From positions 1-64,000 of IMG/VR virus record IMGVR_UViG_3300004369_000643: 64,000 nt of DNA, one strand, 5' to 3'. The notes beneath the pieces were generated by a model that saw only the letters and a list, made by a program, of their open reading frames with translations, made no database searches and had not been told where the DNA came from. The translations under genes and the position numbers were made by a program. Every line of letters starts with the position of its first letter. Position 1 is the first letter of the stretch. This DNA is from a virus. Below, one piece after another: positions 1-9,215 of the stretch.

Positions 1-108
1 AGCCGTAGCCAAGATTATGTCAACTTCTCCGCCACTCCCGTGAGTGTAGAAATGGATGGCTGTGTCGTTGTTGCTGTGCTTGATTCGGATGGTTGCTCTT
101 GAACCCAT
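1..108 (-). CDS. hypothetical protein (5' part; runs off window edge)
   Basis: ATG at 108 after GAAAGGA SD; MGSRATIRIKHS... open to the edge. Confidence 0.6.
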   Translation of the reverse strand, partial: MGSRATIRIKHSNNDTAIHFYTHGSGGEVDIILATA

Positions 109-225
109 GTTGTGGTTTCCTTTCGGTTGATTGGTTGATGGTATCGATTTTAACACACTTCCGGTGTCCCTGTCAAATCGTAGGGGTAGGGATACCATAG
201 GGACACCATAGAAGTGTTATAGAAA

Positions 226-444
226 TCAGTATTCTCGGAGGGAGTCTCCCCATTCTTCAAAGGTGTTTCCCGATGTTCCGACCAGTCTGGCTCCTCGTTC
301 TGTAGTTGAGTACAGATCGAAGATGATACCTTCACTGGTGATGTTAACGTCTAGTGTTTCGATGGGGTCAGACCATTCTGCCTGAGGCAGTTGAATACTT
401 AGCCTGATGTTTCCGTCCTCGTCTATGTTTACATCTCTGCTCAT
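226..444 (-). CDS. hypothetical protein
   Basis: ORF track; start moved to MSRDV after GGAGG SD. Confidence 0.6.
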   Translation of the reverse strand: MSRDVNIDEDGNIRLSIQLPQAEWSDPIETLDVNITSEGIIFDLYSTTERGARLVGTSGNTFEEWGDSLREY

Positions 445-445
445 G

Positions 446-568
446 TCAGTTGTCCTCCCATTCTGCAATAAACTCTGCCCAGTTCTCCCAGTGCCATTCG
501 TCGGCGGGGTCGTACCCTAGTACCTCACAGTACTCCTCGTATGTAGGTTTGTGATGCCAAATAATCAT
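446..568 (-). CDS. small acidic Trp-rich hypothetical protein (40 aa)
   Basis: manual translation MIIWHHKPTYEEYCEVLGYDPADEWHWENWAEFIAEWEDN; packed between neighbours. Confidence 0.55.
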   Translation of the reverse strand: MIIWHHKPTYEEYCEVLGYDPADEWHWENWAEFIAEWEDN

Positions 569-569
569 C

Positions 570-893
570 TCACTTATCCTCCCATTTGGTTGTCGAATAG
601 AGGCCGGTTACCCACCACTCACGGTCGGCGTTCACTTCAGCCCAATGAGCCGCATCATCCCATGATAGGAAAGGGCCTACGAGTCGAACTCCGTCGAACA
701 CGTTGCCCACGACTACCACATGAAGATTATCTAAAGTTTCATTATTGAACACTGCCGTTTCGACCAGTTCGTGATCTTCAGGCCAGATAGCGGTATCGTC
801 TGTGTTAACTAGAACACACTCGTCGGCCTTCAGGATAGTTCCTGTGCCTCCGTGAACGATGAATGTGGTTTGATCTGCGGGATAGACTTTCAT
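570..893 (-). CDS. hypothetical protein
   Basis: ORF track, AAGGAG SD, TTGACA promoter upstream (~951). Confidence 0.7.
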   Translation of the reverse strand: MKVYPADQTTFIVHGGTGTILKADECVLVNTDDTAIWPEDHELVETAVFNNETLDNLHVVVVGNVFDGVRLVGPFLSWDDAAHWAEVNADREWWVTGLYSTTKWEDK

Positions 894-957
894 ATTTACT
901 CCTTTGGTTGATTGGTTGAGATGAGCAGTTTATCATCATGCTCAGGATGTTGTCAAA

Positions 958-1857
958 TCAGACGCTAGCGAGAAGCATCTGACGTGCCGTCAGGGTGAGA
1001 GCCTGAGCATCCTCGGGGTCGGTGACGACCTTAGTCTGCTTCATCTCCTGTGCCTTGCCCTTGGTTGCCATGTGGAACTCGTAGGACTGCACCGCCTGAT
1101 AGAGCGAGAAGGCGTTGTGACCGAACTTGTCGGCTTCCTCGCCGTAGAAGTACATAATGCCGTCACGGCGCTTCTCAGCGAAGTTTACCGCCTTCTGGTT
1201 GGCATCAGGGTCGGTGATGAGGGGTGCTACCGCATCCAGAATCCGGTTGCGGAGACTGTTGGTCATCTCCAGCCCCTTCAGCATCGTAGCGTCGGTGATA
1301 AAGGCATCGAAACGGTTAGCCGCTTCTGCCATGATCTGAGCCTTGCTGAACAGCATCTCGTCGTGGTTCTTCGAACGCTTCTGAGACATCTGAAGTTCGC
1401 CTAGACCTTCCTGATTGGTGCAGAAGGGTCGGAAGGTGAATCCGATGGCACGGGTGCTGAACGTGCTGTTCATGCTAGCCGTGTACATGATCGAACGGGT
1501 AAGGCTGTCGCCGTCACCGAACGTGTAAGGCTCGTCAATGTCCTGAGTGAATACGAGGATGGAACCGTGGTGCCACGTCTGCATTCCAGTGACGGACTCG
1601 GGGAACATTGCCTCAGCAGTGTTCAGAATCGACTCGTATGAGCCGGTGTAGTAGTTAGCGCCTGCACCAGCCTTTAGAACGGCCTGAGTGCCGTCTGCGT
1701 ACTCACGGTACACAGTGAAGGTGTCCTTATCTTCCGTCTTGTTAGGAAGGATGGTGCCTACCTTCTTGGGTGTGAACAGTGCGTCGGCGTCAAGAGCAGC
1801 GTCGATTGCGCTGATTCCGTCGGCGTACTTCTTGTTAGTTGAGAGCATGTAGCCCAT
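958..1857 (-). CDS. DUF932 / LGT_TIGR03299-like phage protein
   Basis: RPFCTN, H and C-terminal AFSLYQAVQSYEFH resemble DUF932 motifs; AGGAGG SD. Confidence 0.6.
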   Translation of the reverse strand: MGYMLSTNKKYADGISAIDAALDADALFTPKKVGTILPNKTEDKDTFTVYREYADGTQAVLKAGAGANYYTGSYESILNTAEAMFPESVTGMQTWHHGSILVFTQDIDEPYTFGDGDSLTRSIMYTASMNSTFSTRAIGFTFRPFCTNQEGLGELQMSQKRSKNHDEMLFSKAQIMAEAANRFDAFITDATMLKGLEMTNSLRNRILDAVAPLITDPDANQKAVNFAEKRRDGIMYFYGEEADKFGHNAFSLYQAVQSYEFHMATKGKAQEMKQTKVVTDPEDAQALTLTARQMLLASV

Positions 1858-2287
1858 GTTGTGACCTCCTTATGGTCTGTTGGTGTGTTGTGAAACTATT
1901 ATCTCACATTTATGACTGCTTGTCAAGTCTTAGATGAAAGTTCGTTTCGTGTGGTTGGTGTATTGGGTATAACGCACGGAGGCTATCAAAGTGTGACGAC
2001 CCCCGTGCATTGGTTGATACCAGACCTTATCACATCCCTGTGACACCTGTCAAATCGTAGATAAGGTTTCGGTTCAGTGCTGTCACTGTACAGGTGCATT
2101 CAACTAACCACAACCTCGTAACACAACTGTAACAATAGGGACACCATTGAGCATTTATTGAACTGCGGGCGCACGGCGAGCGAGTCCCGAGGGGGAGAAA
2201 GGGTGGGTGAGTCCCGAGGTGGAAAATCAGTGGCTGGACTGTCTAACCCTACCTAAAGTAGCAGTGGCGGGGCTAGCGGGGGTCGGG

Positions 2288-2356
2288 CTACCTGTTCTTG
2301 ATGTACCACAAAAGCATGAACGTGACGAGTGGTGTGATGATGCTTAGAAATAACAT
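2288..2356 (-). CDS. 22 aa hydrophobic membrane peptide
   Basis: MLFLSIITPLVTFMLLWYIKNR just downstream of a TTGACA/CATACT promoter. Confidence 0.4.
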   Translation of the reverse strand: MLFLSIITPLVTFMLLWYIKNR

Positions 2357-2444
2357 AGTGATAGTTTAGTATGAAGTGAGTATTCTGTCAATGTAGAAAG
2401 CCCGCCACCAGAAGTGACGGGCAAACGGATAAGGATAATAGGAC

Positions 2445-2702
2445 TTAGGCTTGTTCTAGTTCCCAAGTATCTTCTAGGATACAGAACATAGTCCAGTTGT
2501 AGTGCGATGCGATGTCGGCAGCAAAGTGCTTCTCATCGGGGTCGTTCCAGTCGTCCGTTAGGACTTGTAGAACGTCGGTAGGTATCTCCGCTAAGGGTTC
2601 CTCAGCCATAATGTCTACCGATTCGGGAAGGGTTTTACGATTACTGTAAAGTACCCATCCGATTTCTCGCACAAAGTCATCTCTTGTTAGTTCCATTTTC
2701 AC
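2445..2702 (-). CDS. hypothetical protein
   Basis: ORF track, AAGGAGG SD, terminator hairpin at ~2398-2424. Confidence 0.65.
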   Translation of the reverse strand: MKMELTRDDFVREIGWVLYSNRKTLPESVDIMAEEPLAEIPTDVLQVLTDDWNDPDEKHFAADIASHYNWTMFCILEDTWELEQA

Positions 2703-2735
2703 CTCCTTTCCTTAGTTGTCCTTGTTCTGCTTGTC

Positions 2736-3095
2736 TCAGGTGGGGAAACTTAGGCTGTATTGGTTGTTTCCGTTCTCGTCAAACCACGCAGGACTCATCC
2801 ATGACAAGTCCTCGCAAATCTTTTTCACGTTGTCCTTACCGTAAATGTTATCCATGATGCGTTCTAAACCGGCGTGGAGAACAACATCGCTTGTACCTAC
2901 GGGCAAAGCCGTACAGTAACTAGCGTCATCCATCATTTCCCATTCGCCGTCTACGAGTGTGTAGCAGTCGAACCGGAGTAAAGGTTCATCGTCGGGGTTG
3001 TTTTCGTCGTACATGCCGTTCCAACCTTCGTCAATAAAGCACCAGTCTACTCGGTAGTTGTCTCGGATTAGGGTCATGTCAGTTGTTTCGTTCAT
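2736..3095 (-). CDS. hypothetical protein
   Basis: ORF track, operon context. Confidence 0.7.
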   Translation of the reverse strand: MNETTDMTLIRDNYRVDWCFIDEGWNGMYDENNPDDEPLLRFDCYTLVDGEWEMMDDASYCTALPVGTSDVVLHAGLERIMDNIYGKDNVKKICEDLSWMSPAWFDENGNNQYSLSFPT

Positions 3096-3097
3096 GT

Positions 3098-3319
3098 TCA
3101 GGTGTCCTCCTCAATGTCGATACTTTGGAATGTGATGATACCCAACTTCTCCGAACGTACAGTCCAGAAACCATCTTCATCATCTGATGCCTCAGGGGTC
3201 ATCCACATAGGCATCACTTCGTTAGGTGCGAAGTAATCTTCTACACCACCTTTCATGCCCCAGATGAACAAGTCATCTGAGGCACGACCGTCGTAGTCTG
3301 TAAATCGTAGTTGTGTCAC
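3098..3319 (-). CDS. hypothetical protein
   Basis: GTG start overlaps upstream stop (GTGA). Confidence 0.6.
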   Translation of the reverse strand: MTQLRFTDYDGRASDDLFIWGMKGGVEDYFAPNEVMPMWMTPEASDDEDGFWTVRSEKLGIITFQSIDIEEDT

Positions 3320-3705
3320 TTTAGGAACTTCCCTTCTGCTTCGTACCACGTTTGGAAACTGTCCAAGATGCGAAGGTCGTGGAAGATGTCTGTGGGGTCG
3401 TCGCCCCAACTCATTCCACCTGTGACAGCCCACACTTCGTCGTAGTTGTCTCGGAATGTACCAAGTTCACGGCTGTCGCCGTAGGCTGTTTCGATAGCGT
3501 CGCTAACACGCTCGGCTACGGCTTGGAAGAACTCGGACTCGTTGTCAAACACCATGTGTTCGTAGTTCTCCGTCCAATACATGAGAGTGTCTGTTTCGTT
3601 GATGTAGGCTTCCATCTTGCCGTCGTGTAGTTCGCCAAGAATGGTGTGCCAATGTTCTTTGGTTTCGGTTATGTTTGCTACTGCGTAGATAAACTCTGCG
3701 CCCAT
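3316..3705 (-). CDS. hypothetical protein
   Basis: ORF track, AAAGGAG SD, TTGACA promoter at ~3761. Confidence 0.7.
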   Translation of the reverse strand: MGAEFIYAVANITETKEHWHTILGELHDGKMEAYINETDTLMYWTENYEHMVFDNESEFFQAVAERVSDAIETAYGDSRELGTFRDNYDEVWAVTGGMSWGDDPTDIFHDLRILDSFQTWYEAEGKFLK

Positions 3706-3789
3706 GTTGGTGCTCCTTTCGGTTGGTTGATGCCTAATGATAGCATAAAGGTGAGGCAGGTGTCAAATCCTACCTCACCTTTGCTATGC

Positions 3790-4152
3790 TCAGACTTCTT
3801 GTTCTAGGCGTGCCTTTTCTTCAGGATACTCTAGTTCATCCCAGATGGCTTGGTTCAGAACCTCAAAGCCTTCTTGTTGCATCCAGTCCTCCATGAACTT
3901 ATTCCAAGTGTAACCATCCATAATCGTGGCTACAGCCTCGTCCATCTGTTCATCGGTGTAAGGCTCTTTGTCGTCTGCGTCACGACGGTCAGCGATAGAC
4001 TCTCTAACATCAGACTCGGTGAACATGATTCCAACCCATCCGAACTCTTCCCTCATAGCGTGGAGAACTCGGAAGGCTTGTGTCTCATCCATGATGATGG
4101 TTTGGTTTCCCACTTCGATGGACTTGTATTGGTTGTTGTCGTCGGTTTTCAT
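3790..4152 (-). CDS. hypothetical protein
   Basis: ORF track; start at MKTDD; promoter at ~4204. Confidence 0.65.
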   Translation of the reverse strand: MKTDDNNQYKSIEVGNQTIIMDETQAFRVLHAMREEFGWVGIMFTESDVRESIADRRDADDKEPYTDEQMDEAVATIMDGYTWNKFMEDWMQQEGFEVLNQAIWDELEYPEEKARLEQEV

Positions 4153-4251
4153 ATTGTTCCTCTCTGTTGGTTGATACTTCATTATCCCACAAAAGGGAAG
4201 GACTGTCAAGTCCTCCCCCTCCGTAGGGACACCATAGGCATCTATTAGAAG

Positions 4252-4971
4252 TCAGACTTCTGCGAGTCCTGCCTCCGCAGAAGCCACGACTTCGTGGTAG
4301 TCGATGAGCCGGTCACGAACGTCGTCGTGGATTTCGTATGCGTCGTCGTTATCCCAGTCGAACCCTTCGGGCAGATGGTCGGAGAAACTTCCGCAACTGT
4401 CGAACAGCCTGCCATCTCGGACGACGAACGCACCGATGAAGTCCATGCCTTCTTCGACGTAGTTACCGGAGATGGTTACCCCAAACTTCTGGCTTACTTT
4501 CTCCCAGAGAGGTAGGGCAGGTGACCATGCCGTGTTGCCTGAGATGTGAATAACACCCTGTTCGGGGTGGTAGTCGTAGCCTGTCACTTCCATGCTCCAC
4601 TTCGTACCCCAGTTGGCGTTAGCCCATGAGTACCAGTCTGAGTAGCCTGTCTCAGCCTTAGCACGGTTAGCGTGTTCGATGAGAACGGCGTGTTCTGCCT
4701 TGTCCTCGGCATACTTCTCGGCATCCCAGTATTCGTTATCGGGGTCGTTCACCCACTCCATGATACGACCGTCGGGGTCGTACTCATCGGAAGGAGCAGG
4801 GGAGCGAGTACCCTGAAGCACCTCGGGCATGGGAACGAGTCGCATAGGCTGACCCCAGTAGTGGGTGTCACCAGCGTGTTCGTGTCCCTCAGACCGCATG
4901 ATGAAGTCGATGTTGTTTAGTGTTCCAACATCACCTTCGATAGTTACAGTATTCCAGCACCAGTTAGGCAT
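4252..4971 (-). CDS. DUF1281 / YubB (Api92-like) ferredoxin-fold protein
   Basis: MPNWC-x-N start, WYSW...NWGTKW and TAWSP motifs. Confidence 0.8.
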   Translation of the reverse strand: MPNWCWNTVTIEGDVGTLNNIDFIMRSEGHEHAGDTHYWGQPMRLVPMPEVLQGTRSPAPSDEYDPDGRIMEWVNDPDNEYWDAEKYAEDKAEHAVLIEHANRAKAETGYSDWYSWANANWGTKWSMEVTGYDYHPEQGVIHISGNTAWSPALPLWEKVSQKFGVTISGNYVEEGMDFIGAFVVRDGRLFDSCGSFSDHLPEGFDWDNDDAYEIHDDVRDRLIDYHEVVASAEAGLAEV

Positions 4972-4984
4972 GATGTGTCTCCTT

Positions 4985-5146
4985 TCAGTCGGCGTAGCCG
5001 TAGTTGTCGTAGTCGTAGCCGTCGTCGTCGGCACGGTATCCGATGCCGTCGGTTTCCCAGAGGAAATCTTCAGCCATCTGTTCCATCACTTCAGCGTCGT
5101 AATCGCTGAAGTCCTCATCTTCGTATGTATCCCATTCGTATTCCAT
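4985..5146 (-). CDS. small very acidic hypothetical protein
   Basis: AGGAGG SD; D/E/Y-rich. Confidence 0.6.
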   Translation of the reverse strand: MEYEWDTYEDEDFSDYDAEVMEQMAEDFLWETDGIGYRADDDGYDYDNYGYAD

Positions 5147-5230
5147 TGTGACCTCCTGTGGTCGGTTGTTTGGTTGATGAGTGAACCGTAACACACTTGT
5201 GCTACGGCTGTCAAATCGTGGGTGCGACCC

Positions 5231-5590
5231 TCACCAGTTGGCAGAGTCGCTAATCCATTCCCACATCTGGTCGGCATTACCCCTAGCGACGCTCTCAGGC
5301 ACGCTGTAGTAGCCTTCCTTGACTCGGATGCCCTTGTCCCTAATGGAACCGATTACATCACGCCAGACGGCTAATGAGGGGGCATAGAACGAGAACCAGA
5401 GTTCCATCTCACCCTGCCACTCGTCGCCGTTGTAGGGCGAGTAGTCAAGATAGTGAGGATGGTAGAGATGAACACCGTCGCCGGTGAGCAAGGGAAGAAC
5501 CTCGTTCAGCAGTTCCCTGCCAGTACGACGGTCGAACCACTCCAGCATCATGATGCCGAAGCCGGTTTCGGTGGCGGTGGTTGCTTCCAT
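5231..5590 (-). CDS. hypothetical protein
   Basis: AGGAGG SD, own promoter. Confidence 0.65.
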   Translation of the reverse strand: MEATTATETGFGIMMLEWFDRRTGRELLNEVLPLLTGDGVHLYHPHYLDYSPYNGDEWQGEMELWFSFYAPSLAVWRDVIGSIRDKGIRVKEGYYSVPESVARGNADQMWEWISDSANW

Positions 5591-5683
5591 GTTGTGACCT
5601 CCTGTGGTCGGTTGGGTTGATGTATTCACCGTATCACAGGGGTGCGACACTTGTCAAATCGTGCCACACCCCTGTGAAGTCGC

Positions 5684-6070
5684 TCAGTTCTTAGGCTGAG
5701 TGACCTTGACTGAGGCAACCTCGGTTGACTTGATGGCAGGGGCGATAGTCGCCTCATCCAACCAGCCAGCCTTGATAGCCTCGTCAATGAGGGCGAGAGT
5801 CGCCTCACGGCGAGTCAGCCTCTGGAACTGTCCCTGAGGAACAATGTCCTTGACGGTGGCGGTGTCCACCGAACGACGAGTCTGACGAACAACGGCGACC
5901 TTAGTGCCGTCGTCCAGTAGAACCGCATCGGTGTCCAGCGCACGGAAGGCATCCTCAGCCTCCTGCGCCTTCGCCTTCGCCTCCGCAAGAATGGCTCGGG
6001 CATCGACCACCGACTTGGCGAGCATCTGCTCAACCTTGCCGGTGTTGATGGTAGTAGTTGCTGTTTCCAT
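5684..6070 (-). CDS. hypothetical coiled-coil protein
   Basis: ORF track, AGGAGG SD, own promoter. Confidence 0.7.
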   Translation of the reverse strand: METATTTINTGKVEQMLAKSVVDARAILAEAKAKAQEAEDAFRALDTDAVLLDDGTKVAVVRQTRRSVDTATVKDIVPQGQFQRLTRREATLALIDEAIKAGWLDEATIAPAIKSTEVASVKVTQPKN

Positions 6071-6288
6071 GTGACCCTCCTTAGGTCTTATCGGTTGATG
6101 GTTCCCATCTTAGTCGATGGGTGTAACACCTGTCAAATCGTAGCGACTTGACCGCTGTGGAGTTACTAACGCAACATTAGCACAAGGGTGTGACGTTCAC
6201 TCCGACTTGACACGGATAGATAAGGTGTGTTATGGTCTTTACAAGTCGCCGGACACGGTAGACTAACCACAACCGAAAGGAGCCAGAA

Positions 6289-6480
6289 ATGGCTAAACGT
6301 AAAGTAAAAATGGAATGGACAGAAGCCGACACTCGCAAGGCGATGGCTCGCATGAACTGGGAACGTAATGTTGCCGAAATGCGAGAAGGTCGCAAGATGC
6401 GTGCCAGCACGTTCACCGACCGTCGCAAGAAGGCTAGCCGTGAGGCTTGTCGTAAGAACCGACGAGGTGAATGGTCATGA
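6289..6480 (+). CDS. small basic hypothetical protein
   Basis: AAAGGAG SD; K/R-rich. Confidence 0.65.
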   Translation: MAKRKVKMEWTEADTRKAMARMNWERNVAEMREGRKMRASTFTDRRKKASREACRKNRRGEWS

Positions 6481-6764
6481 CCGCTAGAGATGACTGCGAA
6501 TACCTAGACATTGGTGAACGGTTCTACCTGACGCTCTCCGCTATCGACATGATAGAGGAAGGGCTATCAGCGTTCACCGACGAAATGCTATCTGAAGTCG
6601 AAGAGGAAGAAATAGACATCGACGTACATGAAGTCTACGATATCGTGGGCGAGATGCGTACAGATGCGTACAGGAACCTACTTCACACGATGGCTAACGA
6701 CCGAGATGAGGCGAAAGCCTTGACACGGATGTTGCGACTTCACCAGAAGGAGCAGAACGGCTGA
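6477..6764 (+). CDS. hypothetical protein
   Basis: ATGA coupling with upstream gene. Confidence 0.65.
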   Translation: MTARDDCEYLDIGERFYLTLSAIDMIEEGLSAFTDEMLSEVEEEEIDIDVHEVYDIVGEMRTDAYRNLLHTMANDRDEAKALTRMLRLHQKEQNG

Positions 6765-6860
6765 CCGTAGGGACACCATTGAGGGTAAATAGGGCTAATG
6801 CCGACCCTCGGTGCGTCCCGCCTGTGCTGGAAGGGTCGAACAGTCCAGCATCAGCCAAAA

Positions 6861-6930
6861 TAATGGCTGGACTGTTTCGGGAATAATGGCTGGACTATTT
6901 CGGGAATAATGGCTGGACTGTTTCGGGGTA
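6861..6930. repeat. 3 tandem copies of 23 bp TAATGGCTGGACTGTTTCGGGAA
   Basis: units start at 6861, 6884, 6907. Confidence 0.9.
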
Positions 6931-6971
6931 CAACAAAGCCCCAACTCCTATTGGAGTCAGGGCTAGTTGTG

Positions 6972-7016
6972 GGGGGATTCTGTTGCCACGTTCCCCGAAC
7001 GCCGAGTCTGGCTCAG
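6972..7016 (-). ncRNA. hairpin + H-type pseudoknot motif, copy A
   Basis: CGUU-loop-AACG UGGCAACAGAA; loop GGGG pairs with downstream CCCC. Confidence 0.6.
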
Positions 7017-7240
7017 TAATCGCTGTCCCAGCGTTCGCCCGCATAGGCGGGGTCAAACCAACTAGGTGCGAAGGGGCTGTCAGGATAGTCCTGACGAATC
7101 CGCTCATCACGCTCCAGTCGGATGTCCCAGTGCCGGTCACACCGAGGGAACGATGTGCCGGAACCGCTGAGTGACATACGGTAAATCGTCTCGCCTGCGC
7201 AAGCGCCGTTACCGTTGTCCAAACAGTCGTCGTGAGTCAT
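7013..7240 (-). CDS. hypothetical protein with Cys/His residues
   Basis: AAGGAGGTGA SD. Confidence 0.65.
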   Translation of the reverse strand: MTHDDCLDNGNGACAGETIYRMSLSGSGTSFPRCDRHWDIRLERDERIRQDYPDSPFAPSWFDPAYAGERWDSDY

Positions 7241-7559
7241 ACTCACCTCCTTTCAGAGTTTGATCGTCGGGAGTCCGATAGACTCTCACTATCGCCTGTC
7301 CTGATGGCGACTCCCGATTGCTTATGGGCACAGTATGGCATAGGGGTGTGACAGCCGTCAAATCGTTCACTCTAAGCCCGCCAGCAGTAGGTTTGGGGGC
7401 AATATGCTGCCCATACGGTAATAGTCGCTTAGAACGGCTCCCAGAGGGGTATAACGGGTATTCTCAGCCCGTCAGTCTGCGCCCTATTCTGCGGTGGCGT
7501 GGGTGACTGTCACACCCGTCTGGCATACTGGCATTATCACCTAGAGGAGAGGAGATAGC

Positions 7560-7700
7560 GTGATTAGTTTGACCGAATATCTACTACCCGATTGGGTGGC
7601 GGTGACCATGATGGTCGGTGCCAACCTAGTTCCCCTCGCACTCACAGTGCGGGTGTCGTGGATCTCACGCCGGTGCCAGTGTAAGCGGTGCCGGTGGTGA
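7560..7700 (+). CDS. 46 aa membrane peptide with C-terminal CxCxxC
   Basis: manual translation; GGAG SD, own promoter at 7508-7529. Confidence 0.55.
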   Translation: MISLTEYLLPDWVAVTMMVGANLVPLALTVRVSWISRRCQCKRCRW

Positions 7701-7857
7701 CCACCACCGTTCGGGCGCACGCCCAGCCAGTCCCGAAAGTGGTGGCAACCTGAGGCAGTCCAGCCGATATTCGCCCGTGGCGGGGCTTTATGACCGTAGA
7801 AATGGTTAGATCCCCGCCAGAGAAGAGGGAGAGGGTTCTGACGGGGATCTAAATAGT

Positions 7858-7893
7858 TGGTTCCGGTAGGGGAGAACATTCCTACCGGAACCT
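7858..7893. terminator. perfect stem-loop, probable terminator
   Basis: GGTTCCGGTAGG...CCTACCGGAACC. Confidence 0.6.
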
Positions 7894-7907
7894 ATGTCAT
7901 GTTAGTT

Positions 7908-7953
7908 GGGGGATTCTGGTGCCACGTTCCCCCGAACGCCGATTCTTAGTCGG
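7908..7953 (-). ncRNA. hairpin + pseudoknot motif, copy B
   Basis: UGGCACCAGAA linker; GGGGG/CCCCC pseudoknot. Confidence 0.6.
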
Positions 7954-7967
7954 TTATGACGCTAGTG

Positions 7968-8129
7968 TCAGAGCCACTCGAAGATATCGCCGTCTGCGAT
8001 TTCTGAGTAGTCCAGACCCTCGGCGTCGGCAAGAGCGTGCCAGAAATCATCTTCTGTCAACATCCCCCGACGCTCTACGGCGTCCCAATTCACGTGATCA
8101 TGCCACGTGTCTCGGTTGGAACTAGTCAT
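7968..8129 (-). CDS. 53 aa acidic hypothetical protein
   Basis: manual translation MTSSNRDTWHDHVNWDAVERRGMLTEDDFW...; GGGGGTGA SD. Confidence 0.6.
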   Translation of the reverse strand: MTSSNRDTWHDHVNWDAVERRGMLTEDDFWHALADAEGLDYSEIADGDIFEWL

Positions 8130-8206
8130 ATTGTCACCCCCTCTCTGGTGTTGGTTGGTTTATCTATCATCATTATGCCATAAGGGTGTAACACCCCCCT
8201 TAGGAG

Positions 8207-8253
8207 CCGGTAGTTCGGTTGCCACGCCTACCGGAGCGCCGATGCTTAGTCGG
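8207..8253 (-). ncRNA. hairpin + pseudoknot motif, copy C
   Basis: loop CCGGUA pairs with UACCGG. Confidence 0.6.
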
Positions 8254-8280
8254 GGATCTGAGTGGTATGTAGCCACTAGG

Positions 8281-8313
8281 CTACGGCGGTACCACAATTA
8301 CGATAATAATCAA
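8281..8313 (-). CDS. minigene MIIIVIVVPP*
   Basis: AGGGGGTGA SD, TTG start; paralogous to 16014-16049. Confidence 0.55.
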   Translation of the reverse strand: MIIIVIVVPP

Positions 8314-8402
8314 GTGGCATCACCCCCTATCCGGTTCTTCGGGTTCATGTATTCATTGTTGCATACGGATGGCCCGCCGGTCAAATCGTAGCCATAGTTC
8401 CT

Positions 8403-8596
8403 AGAGATAGGGGTATCTCTCGGAGAGATAGGTGAATCGAACGTATGTTCGACGAACGTATGTTCGATGTTAGGTGACCTTAACACCGATAATTCCGATC
8501 AGATTAGTCGGGATATTAGGTGCGCCTAACATTGACAATCCCGATCAGATTAGTCGGGATATTAGGTGTCCCTAACATGGCGAACGCATGTTCGAT
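8403..8596. promoter_or_regulatory. operator array 1: CsoR-like site, 3 LexA boxes, 3 IdeR/DtxR-like cores, 2 IscR/Rrf2-like boxes
   Basis: CGAAC-N4-GTTCG at 8438, 8453, 8581; TTAGG-N4-C(C/T)TAA at 8470, 8516, 8562; CCGATCAGATTAGTCGG twice. Confidence 0.75.
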
Positions 8597-8817
8597 TTCT
8601 TCGACGCTGGGGACACCATAGGTTATTTATGGAGGATATGGCGAAAGCGAGTGTGGGGGCGGGTGAGAGAGTCCCGAATGGTGAAGAAAGAAAAGGCTGC
8701 AGGCAGGGTCAAATAGTCCAGCAAATAAAAATACATTGGCTGGACTGTTTCGGGGTGAAACACGGGTGGTTGGGGCATGAAAAAGCCCCCCGACTCGGTT
8801 GAGCCGGAGGGCCTTCG

Positions 8818-8838
8818 CTATGGCGGCGGTACTGCCAT
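8818..8838 (-). CDS. minigene MAVPPP*
   Basis: AAAGGGGTGA SD 6 nt before ATG; intrinsic terminator follows. Confidence 0.5.
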   Translation of the reverse strand: MAVPPP

Positions 8839-9215
8839 GTACCATCACCCCTTTCGTGGTTGGTGCGAATGGTTGGTAGTCTTTCAATCGGCTCCCCCGC
8901 ACTTCCTGTGGCACTACCTGTGCTGGGTTCTGTAGCCGTATCTTTTATGTACCTTCATACTATCGTTGGGGTGTGACAGTACCAACCTGCGGGTAGGGCT
9001 GTAACACGATTGTAACATTCACAAAAATATCCAAAAAAGTTTGCAAAAAAAGGTTGACAAACACGGGCGGGCGGGAAAGTTCGCAAAAAGTGTCGCATTT
9101 ACGAACGATTCGTGCAGCGGCAGCACGGCGAGACAGTCCAGCCGCCAAGCAGCAACTGCTGGACTGTTTCAGGGTAAACAAAAACCCCTCAGGCCGTAGC
9201 CCAAGGGGTAATGTT

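Noticed and set aside
6972-7016. Assigning the pseudoknot motif to HDV, pistol, twister, guanidine-III or T-box families
   Set aside because: I could not fit the required stems or catalytic residues, and no T-box stem I is present; left unassigned.
8276-8320. Alternative minigene frame MPLDYYRNCGTAVA*
   Set aside because: The ATG overlaps the SD and is not conserved in the paralogous module at ~16014, whereas the TTG...PP* frame is.
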